A DNA stretch of 64,000 nt from Candidatus Latescibacterota bacterium (GTDB taxonomy: Bacteria > Latescibacterota > UBA2968 > GCA-2709665). The notes under the pieces are model-generated. The model had not been told where the DNA came from, made no database searches, and worked only from the letters and a program-made list of their open reading frames with translations. Where the stretch lies: assembly GCA_965208835.1 (NCBI GenBank), contig OZ242358.1:1248001-1312000 (forward strand). Direction: 5' to 3'. Of the stretch, positions 20,201 to 29,468 are shown in pieces. Each line of letters opens with the position of its first letter. Position 1 is the stretch's first letter. The position numbers and the translations under genes are program-made.

Positions 20201-21950
20201 GGACGCGGATGGCTTTCTCAGGATCATCGGGATCGTTGCTGAAGAGCGTGAGTACCGCACGCTGGATCCCCTCCTGCGCAGGACGGAAGACAACGTCCAC
20301 GGTCCGTCTCTGACTCGACGGAATGCGCAGGGTGTCGCCGAGACCAATGGAGAACTGCTCGGTGTCCGACAGCTCGGAACGGTAAACGGTGAGTACGCCG
20401 GCGCCCAGATTCGCCACGCGTAACACGAATACCCGATCGTGACCGATGAACGTCCGATCGAATTCGATGCTTTCGGGAAACACGCCAATGTCGGGCGCCG
20501 CGCCGGTCCCCGAGAGTGTGACGGTGAGGGTTGGATGCCAGGGGTCATTGGCACTGATCGTAAGCCGTCCTGCAACGACGCCCTCTGATCGGGGGCTGAA
20601 CCTGACTCGGATTTCAGACTGTTCGTACGGATCGATTTCGACCGGGAAATCGTCGAGCAGTATGAACGCGGCCTGGTCGGTCGTGGCGTCGTCCAGCGTG
20701 AGCGTTCTCGCGCCGAGATTCTCAATGGTAATCGTACGGGTTTCCTGATCGCCGACGACGACCGGCTGAAACTCGATACTGGTGGTCGTCGTACGGAGGA
20801 CGGGCGAGCGGAAGGCAGGGTCGATCAGTTTTCGGATGAGACTGTTGCCCGTATCGGCGATGATGAGATCGCCGTCCGGGGCAAGCCCCACGCGAGTGGG
20901 TTCGCGGAGTTCGGCGAGCGGAGCGGCCCCCCCCTCACCGGCGTTTCCGGCGATGCCCGTCCCTGCGAGGGTGACGATGACTCCTGAATTGGGGTCCACG
21001 GCACGAACACGGTTGTTGCCGGTATCTGATATATACAGGGTTCCGTCGTCGCCGACGGCCACGCCGCCTGGCAGATTGAGCCGGGCGCCGGTGGCCGGGC
21101 CGCCGTCGCCCGAGAATCCGCCGCCACCGCCGAAAACGGGACCGCGGCCGGCCACGGTGGTGATGATGCCCGTCTCCGCGTCTACGAGGCGGATGCGATA
21201 ATTGTTGAAGTCCGCGATAAAGACGTTGCCTTCCCCGTCCACGGCGACGTCTTCAACGGTCATGCCTGCCGCAGCCGCGGGTCCGTCATCGCCGCCGAAA
21301 GAGAATTCTCCACTACCCGCAAGCGTGTTGATGACGCCGGTGGCGGCGTCGATTCTGCGCACGCGATTGTTTCCCTGTCCCTGTCCATCCAGCCCGTCGG
21401 CGATATAAAGCCCACCACGGGGGCCCACTGCCAGGGCGACGATTTCACCGAGTACCGCAGAGAGCGCCGGGCCTCCATCACCGTCGAAACCGAACTCTCC
21501 ATTGCCGGCGATGGTGGTGATTATCCCCGTGGCGGCGTCGATGCGCCGGATGCGCCGGTTGCCCGTATCGCCGACATATACGTTGCCGGCCTCGTCGACT
21601 GCAACGCCCTGGGGCCTGTCCAGACGGGCTTCGCTGGCGGGTCCGCCGTCGCCCGCGAAACCGGATTCTCCGGTTCCGGCTGCGGTCGTGACCAGTCCAG
21701 TGACCGCATCCACCCTGCGGATGCGATGGGTTCCCGTATCGGCGATATAGACGTGGCCGTCGGCGTCTGTGGCGGCGCCCAGGGGGAGACTGAGTGCGAG
21801 ATCGGTTGCGGGGATATTCTCACCTTCCCGGTCCCCGCCGCCCGCAATGGTGACAAGGGTACCCCGGCGTTGGGCGAAAGATGCTTCAGCCAGCGCGAGC
21901 AGTACACCAAGGATGAACAGCGTTCTGTGGTTATTTCGAATGAGGTGCAT
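17226..21950 (-). CDS. Large secreted protein: NHL propeller, two ASH-like Ig domains, FG-GAP/ASPIC-UnbV (CRTAC1-like) region, Ig domain, second NHL propeller, C-terminal dockerin-like pair
   Basis: Signal peptide, repeated YIADTGNHRIR and GFSGDGGPA, repeated WADYDxDGDxDLY, FGLG...VRWPSG, and DFNSDGAVDFADFILFAQAFG...FDLDGNGTVGFGDFLAF. Confidence 0.9.
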   Translation of the reverse strand: MHLIRNNHRTLFILGVLLALAEASFAQRRGTLVTIAGGGDREGENIPATDLALSLPLGAATDADGHVYIADTGTHRIRRVDAVTGLVTTAAGTGESGFAGDGGPASEARLDRPQGVAVDEAGNVYVGDTGNRRIRRIDAATGIITTIAGNGEFGFDGDGGPALSAVLGEIVALAVGPRGGLYIADGLDGQGQGNNRVRRIDAATGVINTLAGSGEFSFGGDDGPAAAAGMTVEDVAVDGEGNVFIADFNNYRIRLVDAETGIITTVAGRGPVFGGGGGFSGDGGPATGARLNLPGGVAVGDDGTLYISDTGNNRVRAVDPNSGVIVTLAGTGIAGNAGEGGAAPLAELREPTRVGLAPDGDLIIADTGNSLIRKLIDPAFRSPVLRTTTTSIEFQPVVVGDQETRTITIENLGARTLTLDDATTDQAAFILLDDFPVEIDPYEQSEIRVRFSPRSEGVVAGRLTISANDPWHPTLTVTLSGTGAAPDIGVFPESIEFDRTFIGHDRVFVLRVANLGAGVLTVYRSELSDTEQFSIGLGDTLRIPSSQRRTVDVVFRPAQEGIQRAVLTLFSNDPDDPEKAIRVQGVGRPSKPGGFVDAAEDLGMADLGTGFGAAWADYDSDGDPDLYLVRSLQSNLLYRNEGSRFIELSAPAGVAGADDGDGSAAAWADYDGDGDLDLYVTNYGQPNRLYRNDGNHFTDVAAEAGVDDGGDGYGAAWADVDRDGDPDLYVVNFGENRFYRNEGAGFVEAAAETGLADANSSLQPAWADYDSDGDPDLFLANSGPNRLFRNDGGSFVDVTSEAGVEEAGLGGPSFGASWGDFDNDGDLDLYVSYYEEGNRLYVNSSGQFLESSASFNVTGPDTARSRGAVWGDFDNDSDLDLYVSNAGQKNNLFRNDGETFIDVADSFRVAGGANSRGVALADFNGDGGLDIFVAVQDSGDYLFQNQESNGNWLAIRPRGTKSSSDAIGTRFEIAFEGRRAIREITGGASYLSQDALTAAFGLGDAERVDTLTVRWPSGIAQRMYNIAANTVLDLTEATPPPPDRIALEAAAGALAANGEAQIEIIARFLDARGEALLINNRLLIFGVESGDGVFVGGNSVAVRDGLATIRFQAGTTPGDVVAFARLEGLPPERITINLLPPIGARNTDLRTVAGTVGEQGSFGGDGGPATDAFLNTPRNVAVDASGTFYISDTGNHRVRRVGSDGAIQTIAGNGIGFATGTGGPAADASLGGPRGLALTPDGDLIIAEQSAHIVRRINVQTGNILSFAGKDIPGYGGDGRPGVNANLSGPMGVAADSMGNVWIAERFNHRVRKLDSTGIITTVAGSFEEGFSGDGGPATLAALNGPRGVAADEHGRVYIADTGNHRIRMVDTDGTISTVAGTGESGYARDGGPAARTVLSSPDDVAVDNKGNLYIADTGNHRVRVINLNLGIIQTVAGTGVAGFDQPGGAATETSLNGPSGVAIGPDGRVYIADTNNHRILELTVEYPAEYQQEPETDPPPPEVPSDGAADFNSDGAVDFADFILFAQAFGSADMRFDLDGNGTVGFGDFLAFVAAYEKRPPSVRFWPGSGGGR

Positions 21951-22002
21951 AGATTGGTATCGGGCGACGCCGTGTTGTGTTTCGCACGACTGGCCGCCGG
22001 GT

Positions 22003-23004
22003 TCAACGCCCTTCGAAGAGGTTCCGGCCCTTTACGAGGGCTTCGATCTTTCGGTCGGCAACGTTGCGTTGCAGCATCCAGAAGCCGCAATCGGGATGGA
22101 CGCATGCGATTCGATCCGCCCCGAGGTGGCGGGCTGCGGCTTCGATGTCGGATGCGATTTCGTCAGGTGTCTCAACGATGTTTGATTTGATGTCGATTAC
22201 ACCGACTCCAATCCTTACGGAACCGGGAAGATCCTTCAGGCATGCAGCCTGTTCGATGCCCCAGCGTTTGAATTCGAGGACCAGATGGTCCGCCCTCAAC
22301 GCTGCGAGATACGGAACCAGTTCCTGCCAGGTGCCGTGCTGAACGGTCTGGCCGCCGTAGTTCCCAAAGCAGACGTGTACGGCTTTTTCTCCTGTGACCT
22401 CGTCGAGTACGGCGTTCAACGCACGGGCGGCCCAGGCGGCTTCTTCGGGGTGTCCGGGGATATTGGCTTCGTCGATCTGTATCACGTCCGCGTCGATGTC
22501 GGCAACCTGCCTGGCGAAGAGTTCCCCCAGCGCCGTGGCCGCGGCCTCGGGATTTCCATAGTGGCGATCCAAAAGGACTTTGCTGAGCATGTGCGGACCG
22601 GTGAGGGTGAATTTGAGCTTCGACCGGGTCAGAGGCCGGACCATCCGGTAGTCTCCGGGCAGATTGAGCGTGCCTTCGTCAAGCTCTCGCTCGATCAGGC
22701 CCGCGGGATCCGCGCGATAGGTGAGGCCCGCATCCGCGCGAAACGCATTCAGGTCCTCACGTCCGAATCGGGTCGTTATACCGCCCAGTCTTCGCGAGAA
22801 ATAGTCAATCATGCCGTTGGTTTCAGGATGATTGACGTCGAACCGGTAGAGTTCGCCGTCCGTGACAACGTCTATTCCCGCGTCTTCCTGGGTCTTGAAC
22901 ACGACCCGTATGGCGTCGATCAGTGTCTGTCGGGAGGGAGAATCTCGCAGCCAGTCCGGTACGGGATAGCTGCCGACGAGGGTGGTGAGGATACGGTGGG
23001 GCAT
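22003..23004 (-). CDS. Cobalamin-independent methionine synthase II family protein (catalytic domain only)
   Basis: VGSYPVP, TDGE, QIDE, HVCFGN and PDCG zinc-ligand motifs. Confidence 0.88.
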   Translation of the reverse strand: MPHRILTTLVGSYPVPDWLRDSPSRQTLIDAIRVVFKTQEDAGIDVVTDGELYRFDVNHPETNGMIDYFSRRLGGITTRFGREDLNAFRADAGLTYRADPAGLIERELDEGTLNLPGDYRMVRPLTRSKLKFTLTGPHMLSKVLLDRHYGNPEAAATALGELFARQVADIDADVIQIDEANIPGHPEEAAWAARALNAVLDEVTGEKAVHVCFGNYGGQTVQHGTWQELVPYLAALRADHLVLEFKRWGIEQAACLKDLPGSVRIGVGVIDIKSNIVETPDEIASDIEAAARHLGADRIACVHPDCGFWMLQRNVADRKIEALVKGRNLFEGR

Positions 23005-23047
23005 GGGCGAGTTTTTCGCGGGAAATCCCGGCTTGCTGCTGGTGGGT

Positions 23048-24247
23048 TCACTGTTCGCGTTGTTTCCGCGGTCTCAACTCCTGTCGAATCATATCCAGCC
23101 GGGTACGGTTTGCCGGGTCGGGACTTCGCAGGGCTTCCATCACGAATGCGACCAGGATGCTCAGGAGCAAGCTCAGGCCGGCGGCAGTGCCAACCATCAG
23201 CGTGCGCCGCGGACGGCTTCGGAAGTCGGGTGGCACTGCCGGGTCCAAAACCACGACCAGGGAGGTTTCCTTTTTTTCTTCAAAGCTGCTTTTTTCGTAT
23301 TCCTGAAGTACGAACTGGTAGATCAGATTTCGAATCTCCATCTCGCGCATCAATCGCAGCGCCTGAAGTCCCAGGTCCGGGATCTTATCCATCGGGAGCA
23401 TGATGCCGGGCATTTCGGAAACTCTGCGGCCGCCGGTGTCGGGATCGGATCCCGTAAGGATGCCCTCCAGCGCCTCTCTTGCGCCCTCGATTTCGATATC
23501 CAGTTGCCTGACCCTGCTGTTGTCCGGATTCATCTGAAGGGCGGCGATTTCGCGGCGGATCAACATCTCGCCAAGCGTTGAGGTGATAAGGGAGGAGTAG
23601 GCGTCTATTTGCGCTTTGGTCTGGCTCTCGATGTCGATGGCCGAATGTTCCTTCTGAAACGCGTTGTAGGCGTGTTCGGCTTCCATCATACTGCGTTCGG
23701 CCTGCGCCAGGCGCTTTTCCAGATAGCTACGGAGGTCGCGCGCCTGTTGTTCACGCCGGTGCCTCAGCGCAGAATCGAGTTCTTCAACGAATGCATTGGT
23801 AATCTCCGCGGCCGCTTCCGGTGTCTCCGCCTCGTAGGATACGGTCAGGAATTGTTCGCGCGAGAGTTCCACTTCCAGCCGGTCGTCGACCATCTGGTGG
23901 AGTTCCTCGCGGGTTTCGGCGTCGTATGCTTCCTGAAGATTGAAACGGCGGATGATGGCTTCGGCTACGCGCTGGCTTTTGAGGATGGGCACGAATTCCG
24001 TAGCCGAAACGACGTTTTCCCCGATGCCCAGCATCCCCACCGGCAGTTTTTCGAGAATGGCGGAGATCCCCAGCGTTCCCTGGCTCTCGCTGGGCGGAAA
24101 GAGAACGGCGCTTGCGCGGTAGACCGGGGTGATGATCAGACTGAGGCCCGCCGTAACTACGGTTACTGTGATACAGGAGACGAGTATCAATCGTCGCCTG
24201 CGGACGAGGACGGCCAGATGATCGAGGAAGTTCTTTTCGGGTTCCAT
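23048..24247 (-). CDS. Polysaccharide chain-length determinant (Wzz/GumC-like)
   Basis: N-terminal TM segment then PVYRASA, a coiled coil, and VLDPAVPP...SRPRR followed by a C-terminal TM segment. Confidence 0.88.
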   Translation of the reverse strand: MEPEKNFLDHLAVLVRRRRLILVSCITVTVVTAGLSLIITPVYRASAVLFPPSESQGTLGISAILEKLPVGMLGIGENVVSATEFVPILKSQRVAEAIIRRFNLQEAYDAETREELHQMVDDRLEVELSREQFLTVSYEAETPEAAAEITNAFVEELDSALRHRREQQARDLRSYLEKRLAQAERSMMEAEHAYNAFQKEHSAIDIESQTKAQIDAYSSLITSTLGEMLIRREIAALQMNPDNSRVRQLDIEIEGAREALEGILTGSDPDTGGRRVSEMPGIMLPMDKIPDLGLQALRLMREMEIRNLIYQFVLQEYEKSSFEEKKETSLVVVLDPAVPPDFRSRPRRTLMVGTAAGLSLLLSILVAFVMEALRSPDPANRTRLDMIRQELRPRKQREQ

Positions 24248-24380
24248 TATCCTTGATTCGTGTATTTTCGTGGAGGTTTAATCGATAATATGCAAATTGA
24301 CAAAGGCGATTGAACTGCGGATTGCCAGGATACACCAGGTCGCTGGAAGTGAACAGGACCTCTCCACCCGGCCCGTCAGA

Positions 24381-24535
24381 AGCGGGTAGACGGGAGACGG
24401 AAGAGGGTAGAGATTACCTGCCTTGTGAGGATTCTTATCGTGCCGAAGGCAAGCAGGAAGAACATACCGGGCCTGGCTTCTTCTCCCGTCTCACCTCTAC
24501 CGTCTACCCGCATTCAAGCTATTTGTTGCCGATTT
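24381..24535 (+). repeat. Interspersed long-hairpin element, copy 1 of 4
   Basis: Purine-rich heptamer arm, core CCTGCCTTGTGAGGATTC...TGCC-GAA-GGCA...ACATACCGGGC, pyrimidine-rich arm. Confidence 0.85.
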
Positions 24536-24561
24536 AACCGTAGTCAATTTTTGAATTGGGG

Positions 24562-26241
24562 TTAACGGCTGATGCTCCGTACCGCAATGACCAGAGCGGC
24601 CACCTGTGAAAGTACCACCAGCGTCTCGCGGAAGAGTCGCCAGCCGTGCACGGGTTTCCTGCCCATGACGAAAATCGTGTCTCCGGGATTGACGTGCTGG
24701 ACCCTGGTGGCTTTCGTCCAGTTACCGGTGCTGCCCTGTATCACGTATATTTCGCCTCTTTCGGCCTGTTCGTTCAACCCGCCCGCCCTGCTGATGTAGT
24801 CCTGAACGCCGAGATCCGGTTCGTAGGGAACGGCGCCTGGGGTGATGACGTATCCGTTGACCGCAACCGATGGTACGAGCTTAGGGATCCTCACAATATC
24901 CCCTTCTCTGAGCAGGATGTTCTGCGAATCGTCCCTTTTCTCGAAGAGAGCGGCAAAGTCGACCGGCAGGCGTCCCGACATCTGCTGCTTCTGCATAGCA
25001 ATATAGGTCCGCTGGGCGTCGGTCAGGCTGATGGGGCCAACACTCTGGAGCTGCTTCGGTCCGGTCACCCCTTTAGGAAACTCGACTCGGCGGACCACGA
25101 TGGATTGGGCGAGAGAGGCTTTGGACGTGAATCCGCCGGCTTTCTTGATCAGTTTCTTGAGCGTCATCCCGTCACTTATGAAATAGGTTCCGGGGAAGTA
25201 GACCTCGCCCTCGATGGTGACCCGCCTCTCCTTTACGGCCACGTGGAGCTTGTCTCCCGCGCGTAGAGGCAGGTTCGCATCGGCGTCGCCGGCCAATGCC
25301 TGAGAAAGCCGGATGGCGTTTCGCTCTTCGCGTCCTTCCGCAAAAAAGGTACGGAGCAGTTCAGCGCTGGCGGTCGATGCATCGCCGTGCAATCCCCCGG
25401 CCAGTGCGATCAGATCGGAAACACGGTCGCCGGAGACGAATTCGTAGCTGCCGGGCTTATAGACCGCGCCCGATATGCGCGCGGAGTCGGTAAGCGCGGG
25501 CACAAAGATCTGGTCACCATCGAGCAGGAAGGGGTTGTGGGCGATATCGCCCGAAAGCCGCCACAGGGCGAGGTCCGCGCTTCGTTCCGTATCCATCGGC
25601 TTGCCGAGTTCGGAGAGCCGCTGAATCCGGATATTCCGGTTTGAAGCCCTGCCGTCTGGAGGTTTGAGCAGCCCGCCAGCCTGGCTGATGAGTTCGGAAA
25701 CCTGCTCGGTTCCCTCCACCATGTAGGTGCCGGGATGGGCGACCTGCCCCACGACGTTGACGGGGAAACTGCGCAGCCGTGTGAGAGAGATCTGAATGTC
25801 GAGCCGGTTCAGGCGGTCGCTGACCACTTCCTGAATCCTGCTTCGGCTCTCTCCGAGGTTGAGACCGGCCAGCTGGATGGCGCCGACGTACGGAATGACC
25901 AGCTTGCCTTCCGCATTGACAAGAACCGGGTAGGTCACCGGCTCTTCACCGGCTTCGATATGGATGCTGAAGGTATCGCCGGGACCGACAATGTATCGTT
26001 CGGATCGGATAATGGCGTCGTATGCAATTTTTCCGATCCACTTCACGTCCAGGCCCTGCATCTCGTCCGGTTGAAGCGTTGCGCCGACCGGTTTGCGATC
26101 TGACCTCCTGCGGCCGAGTTCCCTCTTGGGACCGGATTGCGCGAACAGCATCACGGGTTCAGAAACGAGCCCGCAGGTAAGCACGATCGCAATCAGCCGC
26201 ACGGCGAGAGACGGCTTGCGATAGGAGAAAACCCCTGTCAT
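24562..26241 (-). CDS. SLBB-domain polysaccharide export protein (Wza/KpsD-like)
   Basis: YIVGPGD, VNAEGKLVIPYVG, and repeated GxVxxPGxY...AGG SLBB units. Confidence 0.9.
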   Translation of the reverse strand: MTGVFSYRKPSLAVRLIAIVLTCGLVSEPVMLFAQSGPKRELGRRRSDRKPVGATLQPDEMQGLDVKWIGKIAYDAIIRSERYIVGPGDTFSIHIEAGEEPVTYPVLVNAEGKLVIPYVGAIQLAGLNLGESRSRIQEVVSDRLNRLDIQISLTRLRSFPVNVVGQVAHPGTYMVEGTEQVSELISQAGGLLKPPDGRASNRNIRIQRLSELGKPMDTERSADLALWRLSGDIAHNPFLLDGDQIFVPALTDSARISGAVYKPGSYEFVSGDRVSDLIALAGGLHGDASTASAELLRTFFAEGREERNAIRLSQALAGDADANLPLRAGDKLHVAVKERRVTIEGEVYFPGTYFISDGMTLKKLIKKAGGFTSKASLAQSIVVRRVEFPKGVTGPKQLQSVGPISLTDAQRTYIAMQKQQMSGRLPVDFAALFEKRDDSQNILLREGDIVRIPKLVPSVAVNGYVITPGAVPYEPDLGVQDYISRAGGLNEQAERGEIYVIQGSTGNWTKATRVQHVNPGDTIFVMGRKPVHGWRLFRETLVVLSQVAALVIAVRSISR

Positions 26242-27140
26242 TCTGTGGTTACCCCGTCCCGATCGACACGCAGGACGTCGGTGTCGACCTGTATGTCCTG
26301 TCGCTCCCAGGCATTTTTCATGGCGCTTGCTATACTCGCAGCGTCATCGGTTGCAAAGGCCAGCAACGACGGTCCGGCGCCGCTCAGGCATGCGCCCATG
26401 GCACCTGCTTCTTCCGCTGCCTCGAGTACGTGGCCGATTCCCGGCACGAGCGATGCCCGGTAGGGCTGGTGGAGGCGGTCCCTCATCGCGGATCTCAGAG
26501 CGGGCAGGTCTCCGCTCATCAGCGCTGCCGTAACCAGGCATGCGCGTCCCACGTTGAACACCGCGTCCCGGTGCGGCACCTGTTCCGGAAGGACCGCTCG
26601 TGCGGCTTCCGTTTTAAGTTCAAAGCGGGGAACCGCGACGACCGCGCGAAGTTCCCGCGGCGGCAGGGCACGGATTGTTTCGACCCGACCGTTTTCGCAG
26701 GAGCAAATGACGAGGCCGCCCAGAAGACAGGGCGCGACGTTATCGGGATGACCCTCCAGTTCCGCGGCGAGATCGAGCAGGGCGCGTTCCGACATGAACT
26801 CGCCCAAAAGCAGGTTGGCCGCGTAGACCCCGGCCGCGATGGCGGTGGAACTGCTGCCCAGCCCGCGGGAGAGCGGCACGCCATTGTGCATCTCCACATC
26901 CAGCCCGGGCAGGGTTCGGCCCGCGCGCCGCGCGGCCGCGTCGGCCGATCGGAAGAACAGGTTGGATTCGTCCAACGGGAGTTTCCCGACGCCTTTCCCG
27001 GTAATGCACATCCGCCTGCGCCGGTCATTGGATACGGTTCGAATGACGACCCGGTTGTAGATGGTCAGAGCAAGGCCGAGCGCGTCGAATCCGGGACCCA
27101 GGTTGGACGTGGAGCCGGGCGCTCTCAGGCGGATTTCCAT
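26238..27140 (-). CDS. thrB: Homoserine kinase
   Basis: SNLGPGFD, PLSRGLGSSS, EGHPDNVAP, DRLHQPYR and LSGAGPS motifs. Confidence 0.96.
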   Translation of the reverse strand: MEIRLRAPGSTSNLGPGFDALGLALTIYNRVVIRTVSNDRRRRMCITGKGVGKLPLDESNLFFRSADAAARRAGRTLPGLDVEMHNGVPLSRGLGSSSTAIAAGVYAANLLLGEFMSERALLDLAAELEGHPDNVAPCLLGGLVICSCENGRVETIRALPPRELRAVVAVPRFELKTEAARAVLPEQVPHRDAVFNVGRACLVTAALMSGDLPALRSAMRDRLHQPYRASLVPGIGHVLEAAEEAGAMGACLSGAGPSLLAFATDDAASIASAMKNAWERQDIQVDTDVLRVDRDGVTTE

Positions 27141-28243
27141 TCCGTCCCCCTGAGAAGCTCCGCACAGACCAGATCCGCCAGCAGGAGTCCGCGGCGGGTG
27201 AGCCGGACACGCCCGTCGCCGCGTTCCAAAAGGTGATCGGGAATGAAGGTGTTCCGTCCGCCTTCTGGGCCTAACAGCCTCTCGGGTATGCCGCTGGTGC
27301 GGCGGAGACCGAGCATTACCTGTTCCATGCGCCTTTCGCGTGAGGAGATTGCCTCTTCCTCTTCAACGGCGGTACCCGAAGATTCCACACTCCTTATATA
27401 CGCCATGAGCGGGCGGATGTTCCAGGTCCGGCGGTCATTGACGAAGGAATGGGCGGAAAGCCCTATGCCAAGATACGCGCGCCTTTCCCAGCAGGCGATA
27501 TTGTGACGGCAGGCAAAACCGGGCTGTGCGAAGTTTGAGACCTCGTACTGGACGTAGCCGGCCTCGCTCAGCTTTTCCTGTGCGTTTTCGTACATTTCCG
27601 CCTGAGCTTCTTCGGGAGGAAGCGGCAAGCGGCCTTTCTTCAATCTGCGGCCGAATGCGGTGACCGGCTCGATGGTCAGCCCGTAAACGGAGACGTGTTC
27701 GGGAGAAAGGTCTATGGCCCGGTCCAAAGTTTCGCGCCACACGGATACCGTTTGTCGAGGCGCGGAGAACATCAGGTCGATATTGAGGTTGCTGAAGCCG
27801 GCCCGGCGCGCGGCGCCGACCGCCGCCTCGGCTTCGGCGGGCGAGTGCCGCCTGCCCAGCGCCCTGAGCGTGGAACTGTCCAGCGCCTGTACGCCCAGGC
27901 TGAGGCGGTTGATGCCCATAGCAGCCATCTCTGCAAACCGCGATCGGTCCTCGGGATTGGCTTCGGCGGAGATCTCTGCATCGTGCGCGAACGTGGAAAG
28001 CGTCCGTGCCGTATCCAGAATCCGGTTCAGCGAGTCCGGCGGAATCTCGGAAGGCGTGCCGCCGCCCAAATAGACCGTCTGGAGTACAGTGGTGGCGCCC
28101 ATCTGCGGGAGCCGGGTCCGGAACTCTCGGATGACTGCCGCCATGTACCGGTCCGCCAGGTGCGTCTTGCCGACGTCGAAAGCGAAGTCGCAGTAGGGAC
28201 ACCTGGATTTACAGAACGGAATGTGAACGTAGAGACTGGACAT
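27125..28243 (-). CDS. hemW: Radical SAM heme chaperone HemW (HemN-like)
   Basis: LYVHIPFCKSRCPYCDF, GGGTPS, YEVSNFA and HNxxxW; start taken at ATG 28243. Confidence 0.92.
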   Translation of the reverse strand: MSSLYVHIPFCKSRCPYCDFAFDVGKTHLADRYMAAVIREFRTRLPQMGATTVLQTVYLGGGTPSEIPPDSLNRILDTARTLSTFAHDAEISAEANPEDRSRFAEMAAMGINRLSLGVQALDSSTLRALGRRHSPAEAEAAVGAARRAGFSNLNIDLMFSAPRQTVSVWRETLDRAIDLSPEHVSVYGLTIEPVTAFGRRLKKGRLPLPPEEAQAEMYENAQEKLSEAGYVQYEVSNFAQPGFACRHNIACWERRAYLGIGLSAHSFVNDRRTWNIRPLMAYIRSVESSGTAVEEEEAISSRERRMEQVMLGLRRTSGIPERLLGPEGGRNTFIPDHLLERGDGRVRLTRRGLLLADLVCAELLRGTEWKSA

Positions 28244-28352
28244 AAGGCAACCGGAAGCTGCACGAGCAGCCATCAGCTCTCAGCCGTCAGCCAAAACCCG
28301 GTTTACGATACGGTCAAGCGACGCAAATCAACGATATCCGCGCAACTTCGAA

Positions 28353-28377
28353 GGGCAACCACAAGGGTAGCCCCTAC
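28353..28377 (-). repeat. GTAG-type REP palindrome
   Basis: Minus strand reads GTAGGGGCTACCCTTGTGGTTGCCC. Confidence 0.65.
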
Positions 28378-28429
28378 AAATGCAACTGAGGCGCGGGGTG
28401 GTATCAATAAGACAGTGTCCAGATCCAGC

Positions 28430-28539
28430 GCCTTCAACCTGAGCCGCCCCCTGAGCCTGTCGAAGGGTCGGCGAAAGTCGTAATGGAATGCCAAACAGAT
28501 TACGAAACTCGGGCATTTCGACAAGCTCAATGACCACGA
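28430..28539 (+). repeat. ~110-bp REPIN-like element, copy 1 (copy 2 at 31312-31420)
   Basis: Inverted arms TGAGCCTGTCGAA and TTCGACAAGCTCA; aligns along its length with copy 2. Confidence 0.85.
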
Positions 28540-28669
28540 TTCGATAGGCCGCTTTGGACTGTTCAACACGAAGCGTGCAAACGACGCAGCGAGAATTGAT
28601 GAATCGGCCGAAAAATGGTGACCTGTAACCGGCACCGAACACAAGAACGGATGGAACCGTGAGACGTTG

Positions 28670-29431
28670 TCATTTAACAATCCGTCCGATACGGCTCCAC
28701 CGTGCGCGGCTGAAGCCATGAATCAGGTTATAGACGGCAATTTTGGGAATCGAAAGGATGTTCTCGAACGCCGGAGCCCCGGAGTCCGGCGCCCACGACC
28801 AGTAGATGATGTTCGCCTGCGCCCGGACACGCCTTTTATCCAGAAAGCCCCAACTGCGGCTGTCTTCACTGTTGTCACGGTTGTCTCCCATGACGAAATA
28901 GTGGCCTTCGGGAACCCTCGAGAGTTGCATGTTGTCGCGAGCCCCGCCGGGTGTCGAAACCGGCAGGATGACCGGGTCCACGTATTTGGAAAGCGGTGGA
29001 TCCACGGTGCGTTTTCCATCGACGTAGAGGATCTTGTCCCGGATTTCGACTTCCTGTCCGGGCCCCGCCACCACGCGCTTTATAAAGTCCCTTTCCGGAT
29101 TCTTAGGATACTCGAAAATGACGATATCCCCGGGTTCGGGATTCCTGAAACCCGGGAGCCGCACGCCTGTGAAGGGAATCCTGGCGCCGTAGACGATCTT
29201 GTTTGCCAGCAGAAAGTCGCCTATCAGCAGCGTGTTTTCCATGGAACCCGTGGGAATGCTGAAGGCCTGGACGACAAAGGTTCGCAGAAAAAGCGCCAGG
29301 GCGACGGCCACCAGAATGGCTTCGAGATATTCTCTGGCCACGGACTTCTTCCCCTTTCGGGTCCTTCCCTTCCGCGCCTTCCTGACAGGGGCCTTTTTCC
29401 GGGTTCTCGTGCGTCGTGCAGGTTTGACCAT
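28670..29431 (-). CDS. lepB: Signal peptidase I
   Basis: IPTGSMENTL, DFIKRVVA and GDNRDNSEDSRSWG; directly downstream of lepA. Confidence 0.96.
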   Translation of the reverse strand: MVKPARRTRTRKKAPVRKARKGRTRKGKKSVAREYLEAILVAVALALFLRTFVVQAFSIPTGSMENTLLIGDFLLANKIVYGARIPFTGVRLPGFRNPEPGDIVIFEYPKNPERDFIKRVVAGPGQEVEIRDKILYVDGKRTVDPPLSKYVDPVILPVSTPGGARDNMQLSRVPEGHYFVMGDNRDNSEDSRSWGFLDKRRVRAQANIIYWSWAPDSGAPAFENILSIPKIAVYNLIHGFSRARWSRIGRIVK

Positions 29432-29468
29432 TTGTCTGGTCTTTCGGCTCGGTGGCCGTGGGTTTCTT

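Noticed and set aside
24310-24537. Family of small ORFs sharing RD(Y/F)LP...G(Q/P)G (also 38193-38426 and 60793-61026)
   Set aside because: The similarity comes from the intergenic hairpin repeat; starts, stops and reading frames are not conserved between copies.
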